Source: an uncultured Bartonella sp. (GTDB taxonomy: Bacteria; Pseudomonadota; Alphaproteobacteria; Rhizobiales; Rhizobiaceae). Taken from it: DNA of 64,000 nucleotides. A model generated the notes under the pieces. That model was not told the DNA's origin and searched no databases. It saw only the letters and a program-made list of their open reading frames with translations. Location of the stretch: the NCBI GenBank assembly GCA_946478665.1, contig CAMLCZ010000005.1:74281-138280 (forward strand), in the 5' to 3' direction. Position numbers and translations under genes: made by a program. The stretch's first letter is position 1, and each line of letters begins with the position of its first letter. Shown here piece by piece: positions 1 through 9,234 of the stretch.

Positions 1-930
1 CATTGCGCTTACAGCAGCACCGACCGCCATGGAAGGCATTTGAAGGTAGGTCCACAATTGTTGGACGATATTATAAGCAGCGATAGTCAACACACCTTCA
101 TGATTGACCAAACCAATCATAACAAGACCAGCCGAGGCGATAATCATCATTTGCAGGCTCATTGGAAAGCCCTTAAGGACGATATATCGCATAAGATTGA
201 AATGCGGCCATATGTATAGCAATTCGCGTCCCTTAAGGCGTAATGGCAAATTTTTTAAATAAATATATATCAACATGGATATGAGTGCAGAATAACCAGA
301 TACTGCGCTGGATACGGCAGCCCCTGCTATACCCATTTTGGGAAAAATCCATATTCCTAAAATAAACAGCGGATTAAAAATAATATCGAGGACAACATTC
401 ACTACCATAAAAATCAGCGGCGTTATGGAGTCTCCTGATCCTCGCAACCCCATCATAACCATGAGCATTAACAGATTGGCTGGGTTCGCGATAAAAATAA
501 CGCGTAAATATTGTTCAGCGAGTAAAAATGCATCATCCGGTGTTTTTAATAAGTTCAATATATCGGAAGAAAACAACAACCCTAATACGGCTATACAAAT
601 AGATAGAACCAAACAAAACCCAATTGCCGCGCCAAATGCCCGCCTTGCTTCATTAATATCTTTACGTCCAATATTTTGCCCCACCATAACCGTTGCAGCC
701 ATACCAAAGCCAAAGACAAGCGAGAAAAGAAGAAAAGAGATGATATTGGCATTTGCTGTTGCAGCCAGCGCATTTTCGCCAAGAAAACGACCAACCCAAA
801 TTGTATTAATAGAACCGTTTAATGATTGCAGAATATTGGATAATAAAGTTGGAATCGCAAATAAAAGCAGTGTCTTTGTAATGGGACCATCAGTCAGATT
901 ATTGACTGGTACAGTTTGCGATTGAGCCAC
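1..930 (-). CDS. MATE family efflux transporter (partial; 3' end lies beyond the left window edge)
   Basis: Hand translation of the minus strand from GTG at 930 gives VAQSQTVPVNNLTDGPITKTLLLFAIPTLLSNILQSLNGSINTIWVGRFLGENALAA, a typical MATE N-terminus. The frame stays open to position 1. It is absent from the ORF track because no stop lies in the window. Confidence 0.7.
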   Translation of the reverse strand, partial: MAQSQTVPVNNLTDGPITKTLLLFAIPTLLSNILQSLNGSINTIWVGRFLGENALAATANANIISFLLFSLVFGFGMAATVMVGQNIGRKDINEARRAFGAAIGFCLVLSICIAVLGLLFSSDILNLLKTPDDAFLLAEQYLRVIFIANPANLLMLMVMMGLRGSGDSITPLIFMVVNVVLDIIFNPLFILGIWIFPKMGIAGAAVSSAVSGYSALISMLIYIYLKNLPLRLKGRELLYIWPHFNLMRYIVLKGFPMSLQMMIIASAGLVMIGLVNHEGVLTIAAYNIVQQLWTYLQMPSMAVGAAVSAM

Positions 931-1158
931 ATTGACTCTCCATAATGATGAATAACGGCATTGAACGAATGGAACGTATAATTAAGTAAGATGCACGATA
1001 CAGACAAATATAACAATTTTCTGTTTATAGACTAACATTTTCCCATCTGTTATTTTGTCTATATAGACACATAACCACAACAATTTGATTTAGTTCCTGT
1101 TTTCTTGCTATAAAGCACCTTTCAAACCATATGGAAGAACACAGCAGCAAATCTTTAA

Positions 1159-2595
1159 TTGCTTTGTCTGTTATACATCTATTTGTCAGCCCAATTTGGA
1201 AGGATCTTTTGCCTAATGCGCATTTTGCCTATGGTTTTAGCTGTGGCACTTTTTATGGAAAATATGGATTCCAATGTTATAACAACGTCACTTCCAGCAA
1301 TTGCAGCAGATCTACAAACAAATCCCATTGCCTTAAAACTGGCAATGACATCCTATCTTGTTTCGCTTTCAGTGTTTATTCCTGTCAGTGGGTGGATGGC
1401 AGATCGGTTTACCGCAAGACATATTTTTAGAATTGCTATTGGCATTTTTCTTGTTGGTTCCATCCTCTGTGCTGGGTCTTTTTCGTTGGAAACCTTTGTT
1501 TTTTCTAGATTTTTACAAGGAATGGGCGGCGCAATGATGACCCCAGTTGGCCGATTACTTCTTGTAAAATCCACCCCAAAACACGAATTGGTCTTGGCCT
1601 TTGCGTGGTTTTCTATACCAGCCTTGATCGGTCCATTGGTCGGTCCACCGATAGGCGGCTTTATTACAACGTATTTCACATGGCACTGGATATTTCTGAT
1701 TAATATTCCAATTGGTCTCATAGGAATTATTCTATCCACCATCTACCTTCCAAAAGATGAAAAGCCGGTACTCCGTCCGCTTGATTGGACAGGCTTTATT
1801 CTTTCCGGTGTCGCATTATCTGGATTTATCTTCGGCTTATCTGTCATCAGTCTGCCTGCCTTGCCTGAATGGGTTGGTATCCTGACCACACTTGGCGGCA
1901 TTGTTTGTGCTGTACTTTACGTTAAACACGCGAAGAAAAGCGCTGCACCATTGCTAAACCTTAACCTGTTTAAAGATGAAATCTTTTTGCGTTCGATTAC
2001 CGGTGGTAGTATTTTTAGATTAGGTATTGGCGCGATACCTTTTCTATTACCAATGATGTTGCAGATTGCTTTTGGCTTAACACCAATACAGTCAGGTCTC
2101 ATTACCTTTGTTGGTGCAATTGGTTCTCTTGGAATGAAGTTTGGCGCACAACAAATATACGCACGCTTTAGCTTCCGCAAAGTACTTATGACTGGCGCGA
2201 TTGTTTCAGCACTTTTTACCGCATCAAACGGCTTATTTTATCCAAGCACACCCTATTGGATTATACTGCTTGCATTGCTCATTGGTGGATTTCTCCGCTC
2301 ATTGTTCTTTTCTGGCGTTAATGCCTTATCATTTGCACATATAGATAAAGACCAAACAAGCCAAGCAACCCCTATTGCTGCCGTTGCGCAACAGGCTTCA
2401 ATGGCTCTGGGCATTGCAATAGCTGGCGCAATCCTTGAAGCTGCAGCATCATTTCACGATGGCGTGTTACGTTTGGCAGATTTTCATATCAGCTTTTTTA
2501 TTATTGCAGGCTTATCTGCCTGCTCCTATTTCATCTTTAGAAAATTGCCCGCTAACGCTGGCCATGAGCTTAATAAGGCTACAACTAAAGAATAA
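1159..2595 (+). CDS. MFS transporter, DHA2/EmrB-QacA-like multi-TM drug:H+ antiporter
   Basis: 478-aa ORF with many hydrophobic helices and an MFS N-terminal pattern (LAVALFMENMDSNVITTSLPAIAADL). 1159 is a TTG start; an in-frame ATG at 1216 (MRILPMV) is an alternative. Confidence 0.8.
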   Translation: MLCLLYIYLSAQFGRIFCLMRILPMVLAVALFMENMDSNVITTSLPAIAADLQTNPIALKLAMTSYLVSLSVFIPVSGWMADRFTARHIFRIAIGIFLVGSILCAGSFSLETFVFSRFLQGMGGAMMTPVGRLLLVKSTPKHELVLAFAWFSIPALIGPLVGPPIGGFITTYFTWHWIFLINIPIGLIGIILSTIYLPKDEKPVLRPLDWTGFILSGVALSGFIFGLSVISLPALPEWVGILTTLGGIVCAVLYVKHAKKSAAPLLNLNLFKDEIFLRSITGGSIFRLGIGAIPFLLPMMLQIAFGLTPIQSGLITFVGAIGSLGMKFGAQQIYARFSFRKVLMTGAIVSALFTASNGLFYPSTPYWIILLALLIGGFLRSLFFSGVNALSFAHIDKDQTSQATPIAAVAQQASMALGIAIAGAILEAAASFHDGVLRLADFHISFFIIAGLSACSYFIFRKLPANAGHELNKATTKE

Positions 2596-2614
2596 CCCAG
2601 CCTGTACGGCTGGG
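2596..2614. terminator. Hairpin between convergent MFS and GNAT genes (possible bidirectional terminator)
   Basis: cccagcc-tgtac-ggctggg: 7-bp perfect stem with a 5-nt loop, directly after the MFS stop. The flanking T-runs are weak. Confidence 0.45.
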
Positions 2615-2643
2615 TCTAAAATGTCTAAGTGGGTAAACAATGT

Positions 2644-3243
2644 TTAAGCGCATAAACTGCGTTGTCCTAACCAATGGTCGCGCTCAAGCACATAATGCTC
2701 GGTCAATACAAGACCTGAAACATCAGACTGTTTTTCACTTCTGCCAATATATTGAAAACCTGATTTTTCAATTACACGCAAAGATGCCTTGTTGGCTGCA
2801 AAACTGGAAACATAAAGTTTATCAATATCGGTTGCTCTAAAAGCAGCATCAATTAAACTTGCAACAGCTTCCGTCGCAAAGCCTTGTCGCCAATAGGGTT
2901 GTCCAATCCAGAACGAAATTTCCAACCCTTCCCCATCGTCTCTTTCCTCAATACCACATGTACCGATAAAGCGACCATTTTCGCCAAGTGTAATCGCATA
3001 GACACAATAGCCCATCTCGCCAGCAACCGAACGAAGAATAAATTCCGCAGCATGTTTTCGTGAAAATGGATAAGGCATTTTTTGCATCATCGCGGATATA
3101 TGTTGATTATTTGCGAGATCGGCAATTGTGTCCATGTCTTCGACATGAGGCGCACGTAAAACCAATCTTTCTGTTACTAAAACAGGGCAGTCCAGCGATC
3201 TAGGCGGCCTTCTGTCAGTGTTCTGCAATATTTCTGGGCTCAT
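2644..3243 (-). CDS. GNAT family N-acetyltransferase (RimJ/RimL-like)
   Basis: I trimmed the 304-aa ORF to the ATG at 3243 (MSPEILQN), which is preceded by a GGAGG RBS. The upstream part of the ORF overlaps rpmA. Acetyltransferase-like core: FWIGQPYWRQGFATEAV...LRVIEKSGF. Confidence 0.8.
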   Translation of the reverse strand: MSPEILQNTDRRPPRSLDCPVLVTERLVLRAPHVEDMDTIADLANNQHISAMMQKMPYPFSRKHAAEFILRSVAGEMGYCVYAITLGENGRFIGTCGIEERDDGEGLEISFWIGQPYWRQGFATEAVASLIDAAFRATDIDKLYVSSFAANKASLRVIEKSGFQYIGRSEKQSDVSGLVLTEHYVLERDHWLGQRSLCA

Positions 3244-3364
3244 TGTAACCTCCTTGAGCAAAAAAAAAGGGAAAGATGGATAATCCCATCTTTCCCTTTT
3301 AATTCTGCCTTGAAGCAACCAACCGGGGTCCAATGGGACACCGGTTAATTTAAAGAGCTCCGGC

Positions 3365-3634
3365 TTACTCTGCTGCCTCCGCCATCGGAATGACCGACAC
3401 ATAGGAGCGGTCGTTCGATTTTGTGCGGAAAGACACTGTACCGTTTGTAAGCGCAAACAATGTATGGTCTTTACCCATGCCGACATTGTCGCCTGGATGC
3501 CATTGAGTGCCGCGTTGACGAACAATAATATTGCCCGCAACAACAACTTCACCACCAAATTTTTTCACGCCAAGGCGTTTGGATTCTGAATCGCGACCGT
3601 TACGCGAGGAACCACCAGCTTTTTTGTGTGCCAT
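3365..3634 (-). CDS. rpmA: 50S ribosomal protein L27
   Basis: [29 protein letters not shown]... is the canonical L27 N-terminus, at 89 aa. Confidence 0.97.
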   Translation of the reverse strand: MAHKKAGGSSRNGRDSESKRLGVKKFGGEVVVAGNIIVRQRGTQWHPGDNVGMGKDHTLFALTNGTVSFRTKSNDRSYVSVIPMAEAAE

Positions 3635-3656
3635 GGTTGTTCTCCTTTAATCTCTC

Positions 3657-4121
3657 TTATTTCTCTGACTTCTTAACGGCTGCCTTTTTAGGCGCTGCTT
3701 TTTTGCCGTCAGCTTCCGATGACTCTTTTTTTGCAGGTGCTGCTTTTTCAGCCTTTGGTGCTGCTTCTTTCTTTACAGTTTTAGTTGCAGCTTTCTTAGG
3801 TTGCGCACCACCGGTGAGGATTTCCTCAATACGAACCATCGTATATTCTTGGCGATGGCCACGAGTACGCTTTGAGTTTTGACGGCGGCGTTTCTTAAAA
3901 GCAATAACTTTTGGTGCACGAGCCTGTGTAACAACTGCAGCGGTCACCAAAGCATCTGCAACCAAAGGCGCGCCGATCGTTGCTTTATCGCCTTCACCAA
4001 CAACCAAAACTTCCTTGAATTCTACGATATCGCCAGCCTGACCAGCGACTTTTTCAACTTTAACAAGCTGATTGGCGGAAACACGGTATTGTTTACCACC
4101 TGTTTTAATGACTGCGAACAT
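3657..4121 (-). CDS. rplU: 50S ribosomal protein L21 with Lys/Ala-rich C-terminal extension
   Basis: [25 protein letters not shown]... is canonical L21. It lies immediately upstream of rpmA. The roughly 50-aa C-terminal tail is KKAA/PKK-rich. Confidence 0.95.
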   Translation of the reverse strand: MFAVIKTGGKQYRVSANQLVKVEKVAGQAGDIVEFKEVLVVGEGDKATIGAPLVADALVTAAVVTQARAPKVIAFKKRRRQNSKRTRGHRQEYTMVRIEEILTGGAQPKKAATKTVKKEAAPKAEKAAPAKKESSEADGKKAAPKKAAVKKSEK

Positions 4122-4416
4122 TTTTTATCCTTCCGTTCCATCCAGCTTTTGTTCGCTTTATCATTGGATTAAAAGCAAACAAGCCGTCTTTTTATCAGTC
4201 GTAAATTTTACAAGAAGCAGAATAACATCGATTCTGCATACCAATGCAAGCGCAGAATACACTACGCCTTGGGCGTCTTTATGTAAAATTTTCTTCATAA
4301 AGTCAACAAAAGCAATTTAAAAAAGCAAAAAAGGACTTGTAAGAATTGCAATTGACCGCTATCTAGCCGCTAATACGCTCAAGCATTTACAATAGAGCAG
4401 TTATTATGTTCGGTTT

Positions 4417-4506
4417 GGAGAGATGGCTGAGTGGTTGAAAGCACCGCACTCGAAATGCGGCATAGGGGCAACTCTATCGGGGGTTCAAATCCCTCTCTCT
4501 CCGCCA
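4417..4506 (+). tRNA. tRNA-Ser (anticodon CGA), type II with long variable arm, encoded CCA
   Basis: Hand-folded. Acceptor GGAGAGA/TCTCTCC, anticodon arm CCGCA-CTCGAAA-TGCGG, T-loop TTCAAAT, and a 3' GCCA end. Confidence 0.9.
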
Positions 4507-5109
4507 TTATATTAAAAAATATACGTATTTTCAATTAGTTGTATATTTTCTGAACAAATTGTTCCCCCACCTCTTCCCCGTTAAATTTCTTGAAAAACAG
4601 TTGTTTTTATCTTTTTAAAGTTCACCCTAATAGTCGGAATGCAAAAATCCTTCAGCAATTTGGCGGTGGACTGTTGTGAAAAATATCCCATTTGATGATA
4701 GTTAGAGAAAATATTTAAGGCTCACGATTCAACAAAATAAAAAAGCAATCAATTGAAAATTGTCAGAAATACCAAATCAGAAAAGTTCGATGTATTTTCG
4801 GTGCGATTTTTCTTAAAACTTCCCTAATATTCTGGCAATTTTGCCTTCAATAATTTTGCTTAAGTTCCTATCTTACAACCTGATCTCTATTAACAAAACA
4901 GTGCGATAATCTGCAGCTAATAATGCATTTTCATATGATACCGCATTTGCTAGTATTTTAATATGTTACTGCATATCGCTGTATTTTAGTTCTCTCATAA
5001 TTTGCTTACCAATCCAGAAGTGATATCCCTAACCGATCACATTATTGTGATATTGATGCTTGGATAGTCAATTTTTGTGTTATATAGTTTATGTATATAG
5101 CGATTAGAA

Positions 5110-6219
5110 TTGGTGAATATCGTGAAAAAAATAGCATTTATTTCGTTTGGCCGTTGGAACAATCATGAAAAATCAGCGACACAAACAGCACATGAGGCAT
5201 TTATTCAAACAATTGAAATGGCTGTCGCTGCCGAGGAGCTTGGTGTCGATGGAGCGTATTTTCGTGTCCATCATTTTTCCAACTCGTTTTCTTCTCCACT
5301 TCCGCTTTTAGCTGCCATCGGTGCCAAAACGAATAAAATTGAAATTGGAACGAGTGTCATTGATCTTCGTTATGAAAATCCACATCATCTGGCAGAAAAT
5401 GTCGGCGCCACCGATCTTATCATGGACGGCCGTTTACAATTAGGATTAGGGCGCGGTGCACCTTGGTCTGCTATTGAAGGGTGGAAACACTTTGGTTATG
5501 CGGCAGAAGCTGGTCAAAGTGCAACTGATATGGCCATGGAAAGAGCCGAGATATTTTTGGGTCTATTAAAAGGCGAGAAAAATATCGATTTGGAAAATCC
5601 ATTCCCTGAAGCCGCAAACAAGCACCGTTTGGCACGTATAGAGCCATATTCTCCAACCTTATTGCAACGCCTCTGGTGGGCTTCAGGGAGTCTATCCAGT
5701 GCAGAATGGGCAGCAAAACGCGGACTCAATCTACAAAGTGCAGGTAATGCTGGCGGTAAATCTGGAAATACAATTTTTCCTCAACATTCGCCAGCTGGCG
5801 TTACGAAAGACGCACCTCAGGTGAATGACAATTCGACATCGCCCCAAGCAAGATTTGCTGGTCAAGCCGAGCATATAAAGCATTACCTCAAGGCATGGGA
5901 CAAAGCTGGACACACGAGCAAACCTCGTGTTGCCATCATTCGCGAGCTTGTGCCACTTGATACAGATCAAGAAAAGAAACGTTTTGAAGAAGTAGCCCAA
6001 CAACTTCAACTTTTATGGCCAGATCACAAAAAAGCACGCGGTGTTTTTGACGGCGGCTATACAGGGTCCACCGATGAAATTATTGAAAATATGAATAATG
6101 ATGAAGCAGTATCATTATCGGAGACAATAATGATACCGGTTGCAAATGAAATCGGACTGGACTTCAATCTGAAGCTTATGGAAAAAGTAATGAAAAAAAT
6201 TATCCCACATATAGGTTAG
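5110..6219 (+). CDS. LLM-class (luciferase-like) flavin-dependent oxidoreductase
   Basis: 369-aa ORF. The N-terminal FISFGRW...AVAAEELGVDGAYFRVHHF and LQLGLGRG motifs are typical of luciferase-like monooxygenases. TTG/GTG start region. Confidence 0.7.
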   Translation: MVNIVKKIAFISFGRWNNHEKSATQTAHEAFIQTIEMAVAAEELGVDGAYFRVHHFSNSFSSPLPLLAAIGAKTNKIEIGTSVIDLRYENPHHLAENVGATDLIMDGRLQLGLGRGAPWSAIEGWKHFGYAAEAGQSATDMAMERAEIFLGLLKGEKNIDLENPFPEAANKHRLARIEPYSPTLLQRLWWASGSLSSAEWAAKRGLNLQSAGNAGGKSGNTIFPQHSPAGVTKDAPQVNDNSTSPQARFAGQAEHIKHYLKAWDKAGHTSKPRVAIIRELVPLDTDQEKKRFEEVAQQLQLLWPDHKKARGVFDGGYTGSTDEIIENMNNDEAVSLSETIMIPVANEIGLDFNLKLMEKVMKKIIPHIG

Positions 6220-6220
6220 A

Positions 6221-6994
6221 TCATTCCTTGATGTAGGTTATTTTTTTTCCATTAATCTCGGTAATACCGACATTCGCATTATAAAGGAGACCCAGATTGG
6301 TTTCGTTAAGAACAGACTGGGTCTTTCCTATTGCCATTACGTGGCCGTCTTTCAACATCATCAATTGGTCGGAAAAATAGCAAGCCTGATCGGGATGATG
6401 GGTGGTAAAAAGAATATTATGTCCATCGTCTTTTACCTGTGCCAATAAGCGCATTAATTTATCTTGATTGGAAAAATCTAGGCTTGCCGTTGGCTCATCA
6501 AGCACTATCAGGTTAGCATTTTGTAATAATGCGCGTGCAATTAAGATGAGTTGCCGTTCTCCCCCACTTACGCGCGGATAATATTTATCAGCCAGATGGG
6601 CTATTTCCAATTTTTCAAGAATGGACATAGCTTCATCATACATGGTTTTTGTTGGTTGTTGAAAAACCGAAAGCTCCGATACTTTGCCCATTAACACCAT
6701 CTGAAGGACTGAAAAAGAAAAGTTCGGCGAGCTATTTTGTGGAACATAGGCAAATAAGCGCGCACGCGTACGCATGGATAAAGTTTTCAGCTCAACTGAT
6801 TGATAACGAATACTACCTGAAAGTGGCGTTAAAATACCAAGTAGCGTTTTTAATAATGTGCTTTTGCCCTCGCCATTAGGGCCTAAAATGCACAGGCTTT
6901 CACCTTGTTTAAGAAAAAAGCTAATCCCATCACTGATTTTATGGTTGTTATAGCCGGTGGTAATATTATCTACTGATAAAAATCTATCCTCCAT
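6221..6994 (-). CDS. Iron-chelate/cobalamin-type ABC transporter ATP-binding protein (FecE/BtuD-like)
   Basis: Walker A GPNGEGKST, signature SGGERQ and Walker B LIVLDEP. Its start overlaps the stop of the upstream permease gene. Confidence 0.85.
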   Translation of the reverse strand: MEDRFLSVDNITTGYNNHKISDGISFFLKQGESLCILGPNGEGKSTLLKTLLGILTPLSGSIRYQSVELKTLSMRTRARLFAYVPQNSSPNFSFSVLQMVLMGKVSELSVFQQPTKTMYDEAMSILEKLEIAHLADKYYPRVSGGERQLILIARALLQNANLIVLDEPTASLDFSNQDKLMRLLAQVKDDGHNILFTTHHPDQACYFSDQLMMLKDGHVMAIGKTQSVLNETNLGLLYNANVGITEINGKKITYIKE

Positions 6995-7992
6995 TATTCA
7001 CGGCCTTTCACCATCAACCAAATGAAAATTGGTGCTCCAATAAGGGCTGTTAATATACCCAATGGAATTTCTACACTTGCTATTGTGCGTGCTACCGTAT
7101 CAACTATCAGCAGAAATAGACCGCCTAGAATAGCTGATAAAAAACCCGTTTTTCCAAAAGATGGACCAACAATCATACGTGTCATATGGGGAACCACCAA
7201 TCCTACCCAACCAATAATACCACTTATTGAAACTGCAACTGATGTTAATAGGGTTGCCAAAGCAATAACCGTCAGCCGTATTTGCCCTGTGTGGATACCA
7301 AGCGTTTGTGCTTCTTCATCACCAACAGTCATCGTATCAATGCGAAAGCGCATAGCGATAATAATCCCGATTGAAATAATACAAACTGGTATCAGAGGAA
7401 TAATCTCGTAGTTTTGTATGCGCGCTAAACTGCCTAGCAGCCAAAATGTCAGCATGGGCAATTGTTCATAAGGATCTGCAAGTATTTTTATCAAAGAAAC
7501 CCCTGAACCTAAAAGCGCACTAACAACAATACCCCCCAAGACAAGCGCCAATATCTTCTCTCGGCGGTGAGCAAATCGTGCGATAGTAAGCACAATACAA
7601 ACCGCAATGATGCCGCCCATAAAAGCACTCAATTGCAACATTAAAAAATTTAACGAGAAAATAATGGCCAATGAGGCACCAACTGCTGCACCAGAAGACA
7701 CAGCAAGCAAATCTGGTGAAACCAAAGGGTTCCTGAATAAACTTTGATAGGCCGCACCAGCGCATGAAAGCCCTGCCCCGATAAATAATGCCGCAATAAT
7801 GCGTGGTGCACGAATATTTTCTATAACAATAACAATATTTTTGTCCGGTTCCGCGCCATTACCAACCCGCCAGGCAATCCATTGCCCCAGCTCGTGAAAT
7901 GAAACCGGATAAGCTCCAATACGAAGGTTCAACAATATTACAACAACAAGACCGATTAAGCCACCGACAGCATAAATAATACTCGTTTTCAT
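6994..7992 (-). CDS. FecCD-family iron-chelate ABC permease
   Basis: 332-aa polytopic membrane protein with FecCD-like motifs (RAPRIIAALFIGAGLSCAGAAYQSLFRNPLVSPDLL). Overlapping start/stop codons with both neighbours. Confidence 0.85.
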   Translation of the reverse strand: MKTSIIYAVGGLIGLVVVILLNLRIGAYPVSFHELGQWIAWRVGNGAEPDKNIVIVIENIRAPRIIAALFIGAGLSCAGAAYQSLFRNPLVSPDLLAVSSGAAVGASLAIIFSLNFLMLQLSAFMGGIIAVCIVLTIARFAHRREKILALVLGGIVVSALLGSGVSLIKILADPYEQLPMLTFWLLGSLARIQNYEIIPLIPVCIISIGIIIAMRFRIDTMTVGDEEAQTLGIHTGQIRLTVIALATLLTSVAVSISGIIGWVGLVVPHMTRMIVGPSFGKTGFLSAILGGLFLLIVDTVARTIASVEIPLGILTALIGAPIFIWLMVKGRE

Positions 7993-9029
7993 CAGAGATT
8001 ATCCGATGGATGCAACAAACCATTTATTGCCGTTTTATCCAATTCAACATGATAGAATAATGAGTAGAATTCTTTCACTTCTGTTTCTATATCAACAGGA
8101 TAACGTGAAGGATAAAGCTTATTTGTCAACCAGATAACACCAATGACACGGTTGACTGATGGTGGTAAATCAACCCAGCTAAATGGCACTGATGGGGCAA
8201 CCAGAATTTTACCATTTTTAATAGCCCGCAAATTCTGCCACATAGGTTGATCTTTGATTGTTTTAAGAAAACGATCATCTGATGCAACGATAATATCCGG
8301 ATCAAATGCCATAACTTGATCCATGGATAATTGCAAAATGCCTCGGTTTCCACCGGCATTACCGGCAACATTATGCCCACCGGCCATTTCAATTGTTTCT
8401 GCATGAATTGATAGTCGCGAGCCACTTTCCAGACCGGTAACGCCACGTGCGTAATAGATGCGGGGACGCTCTGCGTCAGGAATATCACTTAAAACTTTTT
8501 CAATTTTATTAAGCCTTTGTTCAATCCATTTGGCACGTATTTCACCGTCCTCTTTACGTCCCAGCAATTCACCAACTTCACGATAAGCATGAGGCAATGC
8601 CGAAACGCTACCATCATAAAGAACAAAAGGGATTGATGTACGATAACGCACACGCTCCACCATAGAAATATTTGTTTTAAGATGGTTTCCTATATCAATA
8701 ATAATATCTGGCTTATACATTATCAGCCGCTCTATATTGCTTTCTGTCCCTGTTTTTCCCCCGACTGAACCAATAACCTTCATTGATCTGGCTTTATCGC
8801 CCAGACCATTTAGGGTTCTTTCGCTCCAGCCATTAGACCATCCCAACATAAGATCAGGTGCCAAACTATAAAGAAAGACAGAAGCTGGTGGCCCTGCAGC
8901 AGCCACTCTTTCAATATGATTAGGGATTTCAATTGTTGTATTTGTCTCATCGACAACAGTGCGAGATAGCGCTGATATTGGCACCATAATGAGTGCCCAT
9001 AAAACCAGAATTCGCCATAGTGAAGTCAT
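7992..9029 (-). CDS. Periplasmic substrate-binding protein of iron-chelate ABC transporter (FecB/BtuF class)
   Basis: 345 aa with a signal peptide (MTSLWRILVLWALIMVPISALS). First gene of a three-gene operon with the permease and ATPase. Confidence 0.75.
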   Translation of the reverse strand: MTSLWRILVLWALIMVPISALSRTVVDETNTTIEIPNHIERVAAAGPPASVFLYSLAPDLMLGWSNGWSERTLNGLGDKARSMKVIGSVGGKTGTESNIERLIMYKPDIIIDIGNHLKTNISMVERVRYRTSIPFVLYDGSVSALPHAYREVGELLGRKEDGEIRAKWIEQRLNKIEKVLSDIPDAERPRIYYARGVTGLESGSRLSIHAETIEMAGGHNVAGNAGGNRGILQLSMDQVMAFDPDIIVASDDRFLKTIKDQPMWQNLRAIKNGKILVAPSVPFSWVDLPPSVNRVIGVIWLTNKLYPSRYPVDIETEVKEFYSLFYHVELDKTAINGLLHPSDNL

Positions 9030-9121
9030 TATAATCCCCGTTTCATCGTACTTATAAAATATGTGAGTTTTATCAAAATAACGCCTTTACACACGGGTTA
9101 GACCAACGTAAGCAACAAAAA

Positions 9122-9146
9122 CGTTATATAGTAATTATATATAACG
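9122..9146. promoter_or_regulatory. Candidate operator: perfect 9-bp inverted repeat in a divergent promoter region
   Basis: cgttatata-gtaatta-tatataacg lies between the divergent ABC operon (start 9029) and the TonB-dependent receptor gene (start 9235). The 10-mer gttatatagt recurs at 5079-5088, just upstream of the LLM gene. Confidence 0.35.
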
Positions 9147-9234
9147 ATAGTTTTAGTAAAGGCCTCAAACACTTCATCAACGGACAAAATTGTTAGCCGG
9201 CTCGGTTTGGTCTTTATATACAGGAACAACCTTT

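Noticed and set aside
338-925. 195-aa plus-strand ORF at the left edge
   Set aside because: It is the antisense shadow of the MATE transporter gene. The minus-strand frame gives a recognisable MATE N-terminus, while the plus-strand product is compositionally odd with no recognisable motifs.
3244-3558. N-terminal 105-aa extension of the GNAT ORF (ORF track 2644..3558)
   Set aside because: The extension overlaps rpmA in another frame and has no protein-like features. A GGAGG RBS precedes the internal ATG at 3243, where the acetyltransferase homology begins.
3628-4172. Plus-strand ORFs 3628..3882 and 3879..4172
   Set aside because: They are antisense to rplU. Their Ala/Phe-rich low-complexity products are generated by the Lys/Ala-rich L21 tail repeats.
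9030-9234. Possible cobalamin riboswitch or Fur box upstream of the first TonB-dependent receptor
   Set aside because: I looked for a B12-box-like element and for the GATAATGATAATCATTATC-type Fur consensus. Neither is present. Only the AT-rich 9-bp inverted repeat was found, and it is reported separately.
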